Of a stretch of 64,000 nucleotides of DNA, positions 49,639-61,847 are shown piece by piece (position 1 is the first letter of the stretch; each line of letters opens with the position of its first letter). The translations under genes were made by a program, and so were the position numbers. The DNA is taken from assembly GCA_965648915.1 (NCBI GenBank), contig CBFGIV010000002.1, forward strand, positions 583 to 64,582. Direction: 5' to 3'. The notes under the pieces were generated by a model. The model was not told the DNA's origin, did not search any database, and was given only the letters and a program-made list of their open reading frames with translations. This DNA is from a candidate division WOR-3 bacterium. GTDB taxonomy: Bacteria > Hydrothermota > Tepidihabitantia > SM23-42 > CAYGYG01.

Positions 49639-50283
49639 ATGTACATTATAATTGTTGGCGCAGGTAAGATTGGTTATAACCTTACCAAGGCCCTGATCGC
49701 TGAGGGGCATGAGGTTCTGGTGATTGAGCGTGACCGTAACAAATATAATCTCCTGGTTAAAGAGTTGGGTGAGGCGATCTATTTTGGCAATGGCTGTGAG
49801 TTTTCAACCCTTAAAACAGTTGGGACAAATCGAGCGGATATGTTTATTGCTTTGACCGGTCTTGATCAAGAGAATCTCGTTGCCTGTCAACTGGCAAAAC
49901 TTCTCTTTATGGTGCCCAAGACACTGGCGATTGTCAACGAACCAAAGAACGAAGACATTTTCAAGAGCCTGGGGGTTGATCTCGTGGTCAATACGACAAA
50001 TTTAATCAGTGCCTTAATCGGCCACAAACTCGATATTGGTATCTTGACTCCGCTTTTGACCTTTAAGAATCTCGAGATTGTTCAGGCCGAAATTACCGAC
50101 TCTTCGCCTGCTGCCAACCGGGCGGTTAAGGACCTGGGACTACCTGCAGATTCATTGTTGATTGCGGCGATCAGGGATGGTAATGCGGTTCTGCTTAAAG
50201 GCGATTCGATCATAACGGCAAATGATACTATTGTTGCCTTGACCACAAAAGAGAAAGAGAATGAATTGAGGAAGATACTTTGA
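49639..50283 (+). CDS. trkA: Trk/Ktr-system potassium uptake regulatory protein (RCK N + C domains)
   Basis: IIVGAGKIGYNL Rossmann motif and a C-terminal TrkA-C domain. 214 aa. Confidence 0.8.
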   Translation: MYIIIVGAGKIGYNLTKALIAEGHEVLVIERDRNKYNLLVKELGEAIYFGNGCEFSTLKTVGTNRADMFIALTGLDQENLVACQLAKLLFMVPKTLAIVNEPKNEDIFKSLGVDLVVNTTNLISALIGHKLDIGILTPLLTFKNLEIVQAEITDSSPAANRAVKDLGLPADSLLIAAIRDGNAVLLKGDSIITANDTIVALTTKEKENELRKIL

Positions 50284-50738
50284 AGATCTCGAAATTCTTA
50301 ACACCATCGCAGATTGTGCTCGATCTTACCACCGAGGACAAGACCGAGACACTCTGTGCCCTGGTCCGGGTGCTGGTCGAAAATAGCCTCTTACCCGAGG
50401 ATAAGAGTCAGGAAGTCTTAAATCTACTATTGGAAAGGGAGAATCTTGCCAGCACCGGATTGGGCTATGGGGTTGCCCTGCCTCACATCAAGACCAATCT
50501 GGTCAACAGGACCTGTATCGTCTTTGGCCGGAGTGCAAAAGGGGTTGAATTTGAGGCGCTGGATGGTAATCCCGTGAATCTTTTATTTCTTATCCTCTCT
50601 CCCGAAAGAGAGACCGAAGACTACTTAAAAATACTCTCTTCTCTTTCTGGTCTGATGAAAGATCCTGATGTTCGGGCCGGATTGATGGGGGCAAAGACAG
50701 TTGATGAGGTATTAAAAATTTTAAACCGTCCAGTATAA
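50280..50738 (+). CDS. ptsN: PTS EIIA type-2 domain protein (nitrogen-regulatory PtsN-like)
   Basis: PTS_EIIA_2 signature with the phosphorylatable His in the LPHIK context (LGYGVALPHIKT). 152 aa. Confidence 0.75.
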   Translation: MKISKFLTPSQIVLDLTTEDKTETLCALVRVLVENSLLPEDKSQEVLNLLLERENLASTGLGYGVALPHIKTNLVNRTCIVFGRSAKGVEFEALDGNPVNLLFLILSPERETEDYLKILSSLSGLMKDPDVRAGLMGAKTVDEVLKILNRPV

Positions 50739-50838
50739 GATTGGGAACTGTCGATTATGGATAGTCTTATATGTGAAGCATGGTTAAACTTGATATTGAC
50801 ATTTTCACAGAAATGAAGATAATTATATAGGGTTAAAT

Positions 50839-51762
50839 ATGGCCAGACCAATTTTGGTCAGCTTTTGCCTCTTTTTCGTTTCTACATTACCGATGCTCTC
50901 AGGGTGTGGTGAGAGTAAGGAACGGCCGAGTGCAATCTCAGGTTATATAACGGTCAGGAGTTCAGAACAGGTTTTGCTAATGATGATGGATGCGGCCTAT
51001 GCCTTTATGGATTTATATCAAAAGGCAAAGATCCTGGTCCGGGACCAGGGTTCAAATCCGGCTTTAGCCTCGATCTTTATCGATTCAGCAGAGATTGCGG
51101 TTTCGACTCGACCAATAACGCCGGATGAGCGGGAAAGGGCCCGGAACGCAGGTTTTGATGTTCATGAATATAAAGTTGCAAAAGATGGAATTGCAATTGT
51201 TGTCAATCCCCTCAACCCGGTTACTAAACTTACGGTTAAGCAGTTGATTGATATCTTTACCGGTCGGATAAAGAATTGGTCAGCAGTTGGTGGTAAAGAT
51301 TGGCCAGTGCTGGTCATGATCTGGGGTGAAAATGCCGGGACATTCAGTTACTTTCGAGACAGTATCTTAAGAGGCACCGATTACAGGAAAGACGCCCGGC
51401 GGTTTGATAATACCGAAGCGATGATAAAGGCGATTGCCGTGGAGAAAGGTGCCATCGGGTTAATTTCGATGGCGCGCCTCTATCGGTCATGGAGTCCATT
51501 GATTGAAGATACAAGGATTAAACCATTGGCGATCGGGTTAAATTCCTCATCCGAATTTGTTACGCCCGATGAGGCGACGGTTCATGAAGGTCGTTATCCA
51601 TTAACCCGCTATATCTATCTCTATACCCCGCGTGAACCAAAAGGGCTGGATGCAGGATTCATTACATACCTTACTTCATCGGCGGGTCAGAAGATTATTG
51701 CGGCTAACGGCTTTGTGCCGATAACCGTTCCGGTCAAATATACGCAGGATACAATAAAATAG
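50839..51762 (+). CDS. PstS-like phosphate-binding periplasmic lipoprotein (PBP superfamily)
   Basis: Lipobox LSGCG and a PBP-like phosphate-binding family pattern (VSTRPITPDERERA, IKNWSAVGG). No pstCAB genes are nearby. Confidence 0.7.
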   Translation: MARPILVSFCLFFVSTLPMLSGCGESKERPSAISGYITVRSSEQVLLMMMDAAYAFMDLYQKAKILVRDQGSNPALASIFIDSAEIAVSTRPITPDERERARNAGFDVHEYKVAKDGIAIVVNPLNPVTKLTVKQLIDIFTGRIKNWSAVGGKDWPVLVMIWGENAGTFSYFRDSILRGTDYRKDARRFDNTEAMIKAIAVEKGAIGLISMARLYRSWSPLIEDTRIKPLAIGLNSSSEFVTPDEATVHEGRYPLTRYIYLYTPREPKGLDAGFITYLTSSAGQKIIAANGFVPITVPVKYTQDTIK

Positions 51763-51827
51763 GTTATGCACCGTCCGGGAATAAATTATCGGCCAACAGG
51801 TATAATAATAAGGAATCTGGAGTGTAA

Positions 51828-53228
51828 ATGAAAAATATTTTAAGCTTAATCTTCTTAGGAGTTGTTATTCTTGCTGGGGCATCGATTGAAGATCTTTTAA
51901 GAGAAGGGATAATGCTCAGAGAGCAGGGTAAGATAGACGAATCGATCCTCAAATTCCAGGAGATATTGAAGTCAAAGGCGAAGCATCCTCAGGCAAATTT
52001 TGAAATTGCTAAAAGTTATCTGCTTAAGAACGATTGTGAAAATGCTATCACATACTTTAAGAACGCCGCAAAATATGGCTATGACAAATTCCAGTCTTCT
52101 TTTAACTTGGGGCTTGCCTATGAAGCCTGTGGCAACAATATGGAGGCCTCCTATGAGTTCAGCGAAGCCCTCAGGATCAAGTCTGATGATTTAGATTGTA
52201 TGTGTGCACTGGCCCGGGTCAGTCAACAGAATAATGTTGCGGAATCGCTCTATCTTGCAATCTTAAAAATTGATAAAAATAATGCCCCGGCGATGGTTGG
52301 ATTGGCTAATCTCTATGCTAATAGACGCCAGAAGGACAAGGCGCTTTCTTATTATGAAAAGGCTACAGCGGTGAAACCGGATTATGCTCCCGGCTTCTAT
52401 GCCCTGGGCAATTTTTATCTTCAGGAGAAGTTATATCCCAAGAGTATTGTGGAATTCACAAAATTTATCCAGCTGGAGCCAAAGAAACCGAAAGGATATA
52501 CGGCTCGCGCCGATGCCTATTCAAAGATGAATAACGATTCCAGTGCAATTAAAGATTTAAAAATTGCGACCGGTCTCGGTGACACATCTTTAGGGACATT
52601 AAAGTTTTTAGGATTCCTGCTGAATCGGGCAAAATTGATGGGAGAGTATAAAAAGGTGTTAAACCAGATCGTCGCGAAAGATCCGTATGATATTCAGTCC
52701 TGGCTCGATATTGCAAGGATCGCTAATAAAGTTGATACAACCAAGAATGGATGGGTAGAGGCAGCATTTGCGTACAACAAGGTAATCGGACTCGATACAA
52801 TGTATATCCGTGAGATTGCTTCAGATCTCGGTAAGGTTTACTATTCGATCGGTAAATATGATTCAGCAGTCTATTGGTTTAGTCGGGCAATCATGTATGA
52901 TACACTTAAAGTTGCTACATATTTCAATCGTGCTCTGTCTTATATTCAACTCAAGAAATATCGACCTGAGGCAATTGAGGATCTGAAAAAAGGGTTGAGA
53001 TTCAACCCTAAATATGTTCAGGGCTGGTTGTGGCTGGGACAGATCTATGAATTTTTAGGTATGAAGAGTGAAGCACTAACTGCTTATAATAAGGTTTTAG
53101 GACTCGATCCTAAGAATAAAACGGCCCGTGAAGGTATTCAGCGCCTCAAGCGGCCGGCACCCGCCCAGAGACCCAGTACCGAAGATTATTGGGACAAATA
53201 CTGGGATGAGTTATACAAGCCAAAATGA
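51828..53228 (+). CDS. Tetratricopeptide-repeat (TPR) protein with a signal peptide
   Basis: Multiple 34-aa TPR-like repeats (A..Y..AL.......A...). 466 aa. Confidence 0.7.
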   Translation: MKNILSLIFLGVVILAGASIEDLLREGIMLREQGKIDESILKFQEILKSKAKHPQANFEIAKSYLLKNDCENAITYFKNAAKYGYDKFQSSFNLGLAYEACGNNMEASYEFSEALRIKSDDLDCMCALARVSQQNNVAESLYLAILKIDKNNAPAMVGLANLYANRRQKDKALSYYEKATAVKPDYAPGFYALGNFYLQEKLYPKSIVEFTKFIQLEPKKPKGYTARADAYSKMNNDSSAIKDLKIATGLGDTSLGTLKFLGFLLNRAKLMGEYKKVLNQIVAKDPYDIQSWLDIARIANKVDTTKNGWVEAAFAYNKVIGLDTMYIREIASDLGKVYYSIGKYDSAVYWFSRAIMYDTLKVATYFNRALSYIQLKKYRPEAIEDLKKGLRFNPKYVQGWLWLGQIYEFLGMKSEALTAYNKVLGLDPKNKTAREGIQRLKRPAPAQRPSTEDYWDKYWDELYKPK

Positions 53229-53370
53229 ACCTATTTGCCCTGATTTTTCGATGTGCTTATACTGAATCAGTAAATTGTCCTGGTGATCAAGTTTTTAGAC
53301 AGGGTAAAAAGGGGCGGAATTTGTTGAAGATGGAACCAGACGGTAACAAACAAAGAAAGGAGGTTTAACG

Positions 53371-54204
53371 ATGTCTGGATTTTTTGAAGGACTGCACAAT
53401 GCACCGGTGGCTGTAAAACTAATCGTCTCTTTTGGTATCCCGGCAGCTCTGGCTATTGGCTTAGGGATTGCCCTCGCCTTCGTGAAAAAAGTTGGCCTTT
53501 TAACCTGGATACTCTACATCTGTAATCTGATCATCTGTATCATAATCTTTCAGATGTTACCCGATTTTGTCAGAGCTGGTGGCCCCCTGGTCGGTGTCTT
53601 GATTTATATCTTTATTCTCCTGATCACCTATATGATTGAAAGGTATTTTACTCTCCATAGAGCCAAAGGGCGGTCGCCGATGAGTGAATTTATGCACAGC
53701 TACATCCAGCATATTTCTGAGAAGAATTTTGATGCAGCAATTAATGACTGCGATATGCAGGGTGGTTCGGCGGCAAATATTCTTAAGAGCGGTTTACAGC
53801 AGGTTGTGAAGGGTTCGGGAGAAAAGGCCCAGTTGACCAAGACTGCCTTTGAGACAAGGAGGATATTCGAAGAGGCAATTGCCCGTGAGACCCCACTCCT
53901 TGAGCGGAATTTAATCGCCCTTACGACTATTGCTTCGATCGCAACGATGGTTGGACTCTTAGGGACAACGATCGGAATGATTCGTGCTTTCCAGGCAATG
54001 GCCCATGCTGGTGCCCCGGATGCTATCCAGCTGGCGCGGGGTATTTCCGAGGCACTCTTTAACACCGCGGGCGGTCTTGCCAATGCAATCCTTGGTATCC
54101 TTTCCAACAACTTCTTCGTTAACAAGGTTGACCGTTTCACCTATGACATCAATGAAGCGGTCTATGATACACTTGACTACCTGGAGCGTCTCGAAAAGAA
54201 ATAA
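53371..54204 (+). CDS. exbB: MotA/TolQ/ExbB proton-channel family protein
   Basis: Conserved C-terminal TM region LIALTTIASIATMVGLLGTTIGMIRAF...ALFNTAGGL. Confidence 0.85.
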   Translation: MSGFFEGLHNAPVAVKLIVSFGIPAALAIGLGIALAFVKKVGLLTWILYICNLIICIIIFQMLPDFVRAGGPLVGVLIYIFILLITYMIERYFTLHRAKGRSPMSEFMHSYIQHISEKNFDAAINDCDMQGGSAANILKSGLQQVVKGSGEKAQLTKTAFETRRIFEEAIARETPLLERNLIALTTIASIATMVGLLGTTIGMIRAFQAMAHAGAPDAIQLARGISEALFNTAGGLANAILGILSNNFFVNKVDRFTYDINEAVYDTLDYLERLEKK

Positions 54205-54215
54205 CGGAGGCCAAA

Positions 54216-54890
54216 ATGGCAGTTCGTAAAAAACCACGCGTTGGCATCACCATCGATATGACGCCGATGGTGGATATCGGCTTCCTCCTGGTCATCTTTT
54301 TTATGAGCACCTATCATGCTCGACCACCCGAGACACTCAGCGTGGAATTACCATTATCCCGCTCACCTTTTAAGGTTCCGGAATCGGATGTTATGATTTT
54401 AACCATCATCCCACCGGAAAGGGCATATAATATTGCAGAGAGTATCAACCCTTCGGCGCTCTTGAAGACAATCGCCGATTATCAACTGCCCGTTGCTCAG
54501 GGAGGTTTGGGGTTGAAACGGACAGTTGCGATTGATCGTGCTGTGCATGAATTCAAGACAAAGGAGAAGATCTTAGAGACGATTGCCGAGGTGGCAAACT
54601 TTACACCACAACAGCGAGCGGCACGTGCGGATAGTCTTCTGATCTGGTGGAATTTAGGCCGGGAATCGGCCCAGCCCATAAAATTTGATGATGTCGGGCG
54701 TCTGATCATTGATGAGCGGATAAGAAATCCACGGCTCCGTCTGGTGGTCAAGGCGGATAAGAAAGTTCAATCGGGTGTAATCCTCAGATTGATGGAAGTT
54801 CTTCAGGATCCCAAGGTTAATATGCTACGGTTTAGCATGATGACGATGCTGGAAGAGACCGGCTCCGCCATCATGACACATGGAGGATAA
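54216..54890 (+). CDS. exbD: ExbD/TolR biopolymer transport protein (long form)
   Basis: N-terminal MTPMVDIGFLLVIFFM motif. 224 aa. Confidence 0.8.
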   Translation: MAVRKKPRVGITIDMTPMVDIGFLLVIFFMSTYHARPPETLSVELPLSRSPFKVPESDVMILTIIPPERAYNIAESINPSALLKTIADYQLPVAQGGLGLKRTVAIDRAVHEFKTKEKILETIAEVANFTPQQRAARADSLLIWWNLGRESAQPIKFDDVGRLIIDERIRNPRLRLVVKADKKVQSGVILRLMEVLQDPKVNMLRFSMMTMLEETGSAIMTHGG

Positions 54891-55473
54891 TATGGCAGTA
54901 GTCGAAGGAGCACAACGGGGTGGTAAAAGGCGACGCGGTCGAATCATCAATGACCTGACGCCAATGGTAGATATTGCATTTCTACTTGTGATCTTCTTTA
55001 TGACGACAACGGTCTTCCGTGAACCCCAGGCGATCGAAATCGCTTTACCTCCCAAGGGGACGGTCCCGACCGCCCAATCGAATGTTATTACTATATTCAT
55101 CGATTCGCTCGGCAATACGACCAAACAGTTAGCAGATGAGCCGCCGGTGCCAATCAGGCTTGATTCGATAGAATATTATCTAAGGATAGAAGAGCGGAAG
55201 AATGTGGAGCGTCAACCCGGTGGCCAGGAGTTACTTGCCCAGTATGACGCATTACCTGAAGGCGACCGGAAGGATAGCCTTGAGAAATTTATCAAGCGGA
55301 AGGTTTCGAAACTAGTCGTGCTGGTTGACGTCCATGGTAAGTCTCTCTATCAGGATATGGTCAGGGTTATGGATCAGGTGCAACAGGCAGGTATTGTTCG
55401 ATTCAGTATCATCCCGCACATTGTAGAAACACCACCACCCACCAGGACCAAGAAAGGAGGTAGAATAAGATGA
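54880..55473 (+). CDS. exbD: ExbD/TolR biopolymer transport protein (second copy)
   Basis: LTPMVDIAFLLVIFFM motif. 197 aa. Confidence 0.8.
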   Translation: MEDNMAVVEGAQRGGKRRRGRIINDLTPMVDIAFLLVIFFMTTTVFREPQAIEIALPPKGTVPTAQSNVITIFIDSLGNTTKQLADEPPVPIRLDSIEYYLRIEERKNVERQPGGQELLAQYDALPEGDRKDSLEKFIKRKVSKLVVLVDVHGKSLYQDMVRVMDQVQQAGIVRFSIIPHIVETPPPTRTKKGGRIR

Positions 55474-56225
55474 TGAATGGAAGATTCTGGTTCCCCCCAA
55501 TCGGTAAGAGAAGCCCGATCGTCCAGATTGCAAGTAATAACCTGCGTACCGCTTATTACATCACCAACGGTTTGATTTTCTTGCTGATTTTTCTGGTTTT
55601 TGCTTATGTAAAATATCAACAGTGGCAGTACCAGCAGAGGATTAAGAAATTGGGATCGACTACAGGTAAGAAGGTAATAACATTGACCTATGCTCAATTA
55701 GGACCACCGCCTTCAATTGCCGGAAGTGAAGAGGCGAGTGCGCAGGCAGCGAGCGGTGGCGCCCGGGCGGCCGCACCAGCCGTGGGTGTTCCAAAGCCAG
55801 TACCGGATGAAGAGGCTATTTCGGAAACAGCACCAACCCAGGCTGAGATCTCAGGTGTCAGTCTTGTTGGCTCGGGAACCGGAACCGGTGTTGGTTCGGG
55901 GACAATCATTCAGGTTGAGGAGATCCCGGATATCAATGCCTTTGTCCCTTATGAGGTTGAACCGAAGATTATCAGTCAGCCACCTTTAATCTATCCTGAA
56001 TTTGCCCGGGTTGCTGAACAGGAAGGGACAGTATATGTTAAGGCCCTGGTTGATCTGGACGGTTCAATTATGAGGGTTGTGGTGATTAGAAGCTCGGGTT
56101 CACCGATACTCGATTCGGCGGCAGTCGGCTGGGTTTATGACTGGAAGATGTCGCCTGCCCTCCAGAACCAGAAACCGGTTCGGGTCTGGGTTGCCAAGCC
56201 GATTCACTTCAAATTACAGAAGTAG
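55470..56225 (+). CDS. tonB: TonB family energy transducer (Gly-rich rather than Pro-rich linker)
   Basis: N-terminal TM anchor and a TonB_C domain (LIYPEFARVAEQEGTVYVKALVDLDGSI...LDSAAV). Confidence 0.75.
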   Translation: MMNGRFWFPPIGKRSPIVQIASNNLRTAYYITNGLIFLLIFLVFAYVKYQQWQYQQRIKKLGSTTGKKVITLTYAQLGPPPSIAGSEEASAQAASGGARAAAPAVGVPKPVPDEEAISETAPTQAEISGVSLVGSGTGTGVGSGTIIQVEEIPDINAFVPYEVEPKIISQPPLIYPEFARVAEQEGTVYVKALVDLDGSIMRVVVIRSSGSPILDSAAVGWVYDWKMSPALQNQKPVRVWVAKPIHFKLQK

Positions 56226-56346
56226 TTTCGTTAAAAACGCTCTATCCGATAAAAGGTTTGTCGGGAATAATACCGAATGCCTCCTGGTATAATTAGATAG
56301 CAATGAGTGCCTCGGATTAAGCGGGGCACTCAGAAAGGAGGCTAAA

Positions 56347-57105
56347 ATGCGCGCCAATTTTAACCAAACCGATCTGGCGGATTTAGGTACCCGGAGCCCA
56401 GTAATAAAGGTGTATACCTCCAATCTCAAACGAGCCTTTTACTCAACCAATAGCCTGATATTTCTTATCATCATTCTGGTCTTTGCCTATATCAAATACC
56501 ACCAATGGCAGTATCATCGATGGCGTGATCTACAGGTAAAGAGAACAGAAACCAGAACAATAATTATTGAACCCTGGCGAATTGGTCCCCCGCCATCGAT
56601 AACCGGAAATGGCGGTGATGGAGGAATTGGGAATGGTACAGGCGGAGTTAAGTCGGTCGCACCGGCGGTCGGTGTTCCCAAACCAGTGCCTGATGATAAG
56701 GCAGTTCAAATCACAATACCAACCCAATTCGACATTGCCGGAACCGGCATCTTCCAGGGTAATGGCGGGATAGGTTATGGGGTGGATATCAAAATTCAGG
56801 ACATCCCTGATATTGATACCTTTATCCCCCATGAGGTTGCTCCCCGGGTGATTTCAAAGCCACCGTTGATCTATCCCCAGCCTGCGGTCCTGATGGAACA
56901 GGAAGGCAAGGTCTGGATCAAGGCCCTGGTCGACCTTGATGGTTCAATAATGAAGGCAGTGGTGTTGAAGAGCTCAAGTTTTCCCCTGCTCGACAGTGCG
57001 GCAGTTGCAAATATTTACGGGTGGCGATTAAGTCCAGCCCTGCAGAATAAAAATCCAGTGCGGGTCTGGGTAACGATGCCGATTGAATTCAAACTGCAGA
57101 AGTGA
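56347..57105 (+). CDS. tonB: TonB family energy transducer, tandem paralogue
   Basis: Same architecture as the upstream gene and about 55% identical to it. Own extended -10 (TGGTATAAT, 56285-56293) and a GAGTGCC/GGCACTC hairpin (56305-56331) in the leader. Confidence 0.75.
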   Translation: MRANFNQTDLADLGTRSPVIKVYTSNLKRAFYSTNSLIFLIIILVFAYIKYHQWQYHRWRDLQVKRTETRTIIIEPWRIGPPPSITGNGGDGGIGNGTGGVKSVAPAVGVPKPVPDDKAVQITIPTQFDIAGTGIFQGNGGIGYGVDIKIQDIPDIDTFIPHEVAPRVISKPPLIYPQPAVLMEQEGKVWIKALVDLDGSIMKAVVLKSSSFPLLDSAAVANIYGWRLSPALQNKNPVRVWVTMPIEFKLQK

Positions 57106-57108
57106 TTT

Positions 57109-57546
57109 TTATATATGCGGAGTTGTCTCTTTCTCAATTCTCGGCCCCTTACGCCGGCCGATCTTAATTCTAATCAAGGCACGCTGCAGGGCGGCCAATG
57201 CTTCGGCATGTGATGTCTTATCGAGTTGCTTCTCAGCCAGAAGTTTACGGGCACGCTCCCGGGCTTTTTCCGCCCTCTCGATATCGATCTCTTCGGCCCT
57301 TTCTGCCGCATCGGCCAGGATTGTTACCTTCTGACTGGTTATCTGGACAAAGCCGCCGGTGATTGCCATATAGACAATTTCGCTCTCTTTTTTTATCTTT
57401 ATCTCGCCCGGACTGATTATTGATACAACCGGCATATGGTGGGCCAGAACTGTGATCTCGCCCTGCAGGGTCGGAATGGTTACGGAATCGACCTCTTCTG
57501 AGTAGATTAACCGTTCGGGCGTTACAATCTCTAACTTAAATTTCAT
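57109..57546 (-). CDS. atpC: F-type ATP synthase epsilon subunit
   Basis: N-terminal beta-sandwich (LEIVTPERLIYSEEVDSVTIPT.QGEITVL) and a C-terminal helical region. 145 aa. Confidence 0.85.
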   Translation of the reverse strand: MKFKLEIVTPERLIYSEEVDSVTIPTLQGEITVLAHHMPVVSIISPGEIKIKKESEIVYMAITGGFVQITSQKVTILADAAERAEEIDIERAEKARERARKLLAEKQLDKTSHAEALAALQRALIRIKIGRRKGPRIEKETTPHI

Positions 57547-57564
57547 AACGATAAGATTTTTTGA

Positions 57565-59806
<2,242 letters not shown>

Positions 59807-59807
<1 letters not shown>

Positions 59808-61321
59808 TAATCTTTTTCAAAGATACCCTTAAATTCCTCAATATATTTTTTGAGTTTTTCCTCGACCTCAACCGTGAGGTCTTTTGTTTTTTTAATCTCG
59901 GCACCAATTTCCGGATGCATCGAGTCCATAAATTTCAAGAATTTATCTTCGAAATCACGGATCTTATTAACCGGGACATCATCGATCAAACCCGAGATAC
60001 CTGCAAATATTATCATAACCTGTTTCTCAACGGCCATTGGAACATATTGATTCTGCTTCAAGATTTCGGTCATAACTTTACCCCGGGTTAATTGCTTACG
60101 GGTTGCCTCATCAAGGTCACTGGAAAACTCGGCAAAGGCAGCCATTTCCCGATACTGGGCGAGGTCGAGACGTAACTTACCGGCAACCTTCCGCATTGCC
60201 TTGATCTGGGCTGATGAACCCACCCGGGAGACGGAGAGGCCGACATTGATCGCAGGTCGAATACCCTGATAAAAGAGTTCAGGCTCGAGGTAGATCTGGC
60301 CATCGGTTATTGAGATGACATTGGTTGGAATATAAGAAGTAAAGTCACCCGCTTGGGTCTCAATAATGGGCAGAGCAGTAAGTGAACCTCCGCCATGCTC
60401 CTTATTTAATTTGGCTGCCCGTTCGAGGAGACGGGAATGGAGATAAAAGATGTCCCCCGGGTATGCTTCACGACCCGGAGGTCTTCTGAGGACCAAGGAG
60501 ATTTGACGATAGGCCCAGGCATGTTTGGAAAGGTCATCATAGATGACCAGGGCATCCTTTCCCTGATCCATAAAATATTCGCCCATCGCACAGCCGGCAT
60601 AGGGCGCAATATACCAGAGCGATGCTGGATCTGATGAACTGGCGCTGACAACAATAGTGTAGTCCATTGCTCCGTACTTCTCCAGCTCAGTAATGATTCG
60701 GGCAAGTTTCGATTCTTTCTGCCCGATTGAGACATAGATACAGAAGACATCCTCATTTTTCTGGTTAATTATTGTATCGATGACAATTGCGGTCTTACCG
60801 GTCTGACGATCACCGATTATCAATTCCCGTTGACCCCGGCCAATTGGTATCATACTATCAATTGCCTTGATTCCGGTCTGAATCGGTCGATTTACCGGCT
60901 CCCGGAGAATAACCCGGGGCGCAATCTTTTCTATCGGGTAATATGCATTGGGTTTGATCGAACCCTTGCCATCAAGCGGTTCTCCCAGAGGGTTGACGAC
61001 CCGGCCTAAAAGTTGAGGCCCAACTCCCACCTCAAGGATGCGGCCGGTTCCTTTTACCAGATCACCTTCTTTTATCTTCTCAAAATCGCCCAGGACAATT
61101 GCCCCAATTCGGTCGTGGAGAAGATTGAGCGCAACCCCAGATATACCACCCGGGAATTCGAGCATCTCAGAGGCAAAACAGTCAGTCAGACCAAAAATTT
61201 GGGCAACGCCGTCACCGATCTCAATCACAGTGCCGACACGCTCAACCATAACTTTTGCTTCAAATTCAATGAGTTCCTTTTTTAATTCAGTCAAAAGCCT
61301 TGCTTTTTGATCTTGATCCAT
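59807..61321 (-). CDS. atpA: F-type ATP synthase alpha subunit
   Basis: Walker [10 protein letters not shown]. 504 aa. Confidence 0.95.
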
Positions 61322-61369
61322 CCGATCAGACCTCCGGTTGATGAACGACCAACCAATTAGTTGTTATTT

Positions 61370-61846
61370 CTACCCGTATTGAAATCGTGCCAATCTTTTC
61401 AATTTTGAACTGATACTGGCATCAATCAAAATATCCCCCATCTTGACTACCATCCCACCAATAATTTCAGGATCGACAATATTTTTGACCGTCAAAGGTC
61501 GGCCGATCCGGGCCGAAAACCTTTCCGCCAGGCTAATTTTTTCTTCAGGTGAAAGTGGTTCGGCTGTTTTTACTTCTAATTCAAGAATACCGCGTTCTTC
61601 CCTGGTCCGACGGTAATTTCTCAAGATTTCAGTCAGTGTATTTATTGTATTACTGCGCAGGAGGAGGAAGAGAAATTCATAAGCGGTCGGACTGATATAG
61701 TCTTTGAAAAGACCTTTGAGGGTTTTAATTTTTTCCGCAAAGGGAATACGTGGGTTTTCCAGATAACCGCGGAGTTTTAGGGAAGAACGGAGTGAAGATT
61801 CAACAAGTTCAAGATCAGTAAATATTGGTTCCAGATCCGGTTCCAT
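61370..61846 (-). CDS. atpH: F-type ATP synthase delta (OSCP) subunit
   Basis: Position between atpF and atpA. 158 aa with an OSCP-like helical pattern. Confidence 0.8.
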   Translation of the reverse strand: MEPDLEPIFTDLELVESSLRSSLKLRGYLENPRIPFAEKIKTLKGLFKDYISPTAYEFLFLLLRSNTINTLTEILRNYRRTREERGILELEVKTAEPLSPEEKISLAERFSARIGRPLTVKNIVDPEIIGGMVVKMGDILIDASISSKLKRLARFQYG

Positions 61847-61847
61847 A

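Noticed and set aside
57083-57334. Plus-strand ORF (83 aa) overlapping the atpC 3' end
   Set aside because: It is antisense to a well-supported atpC gene, Ala/Ser-rich and low-complexity.
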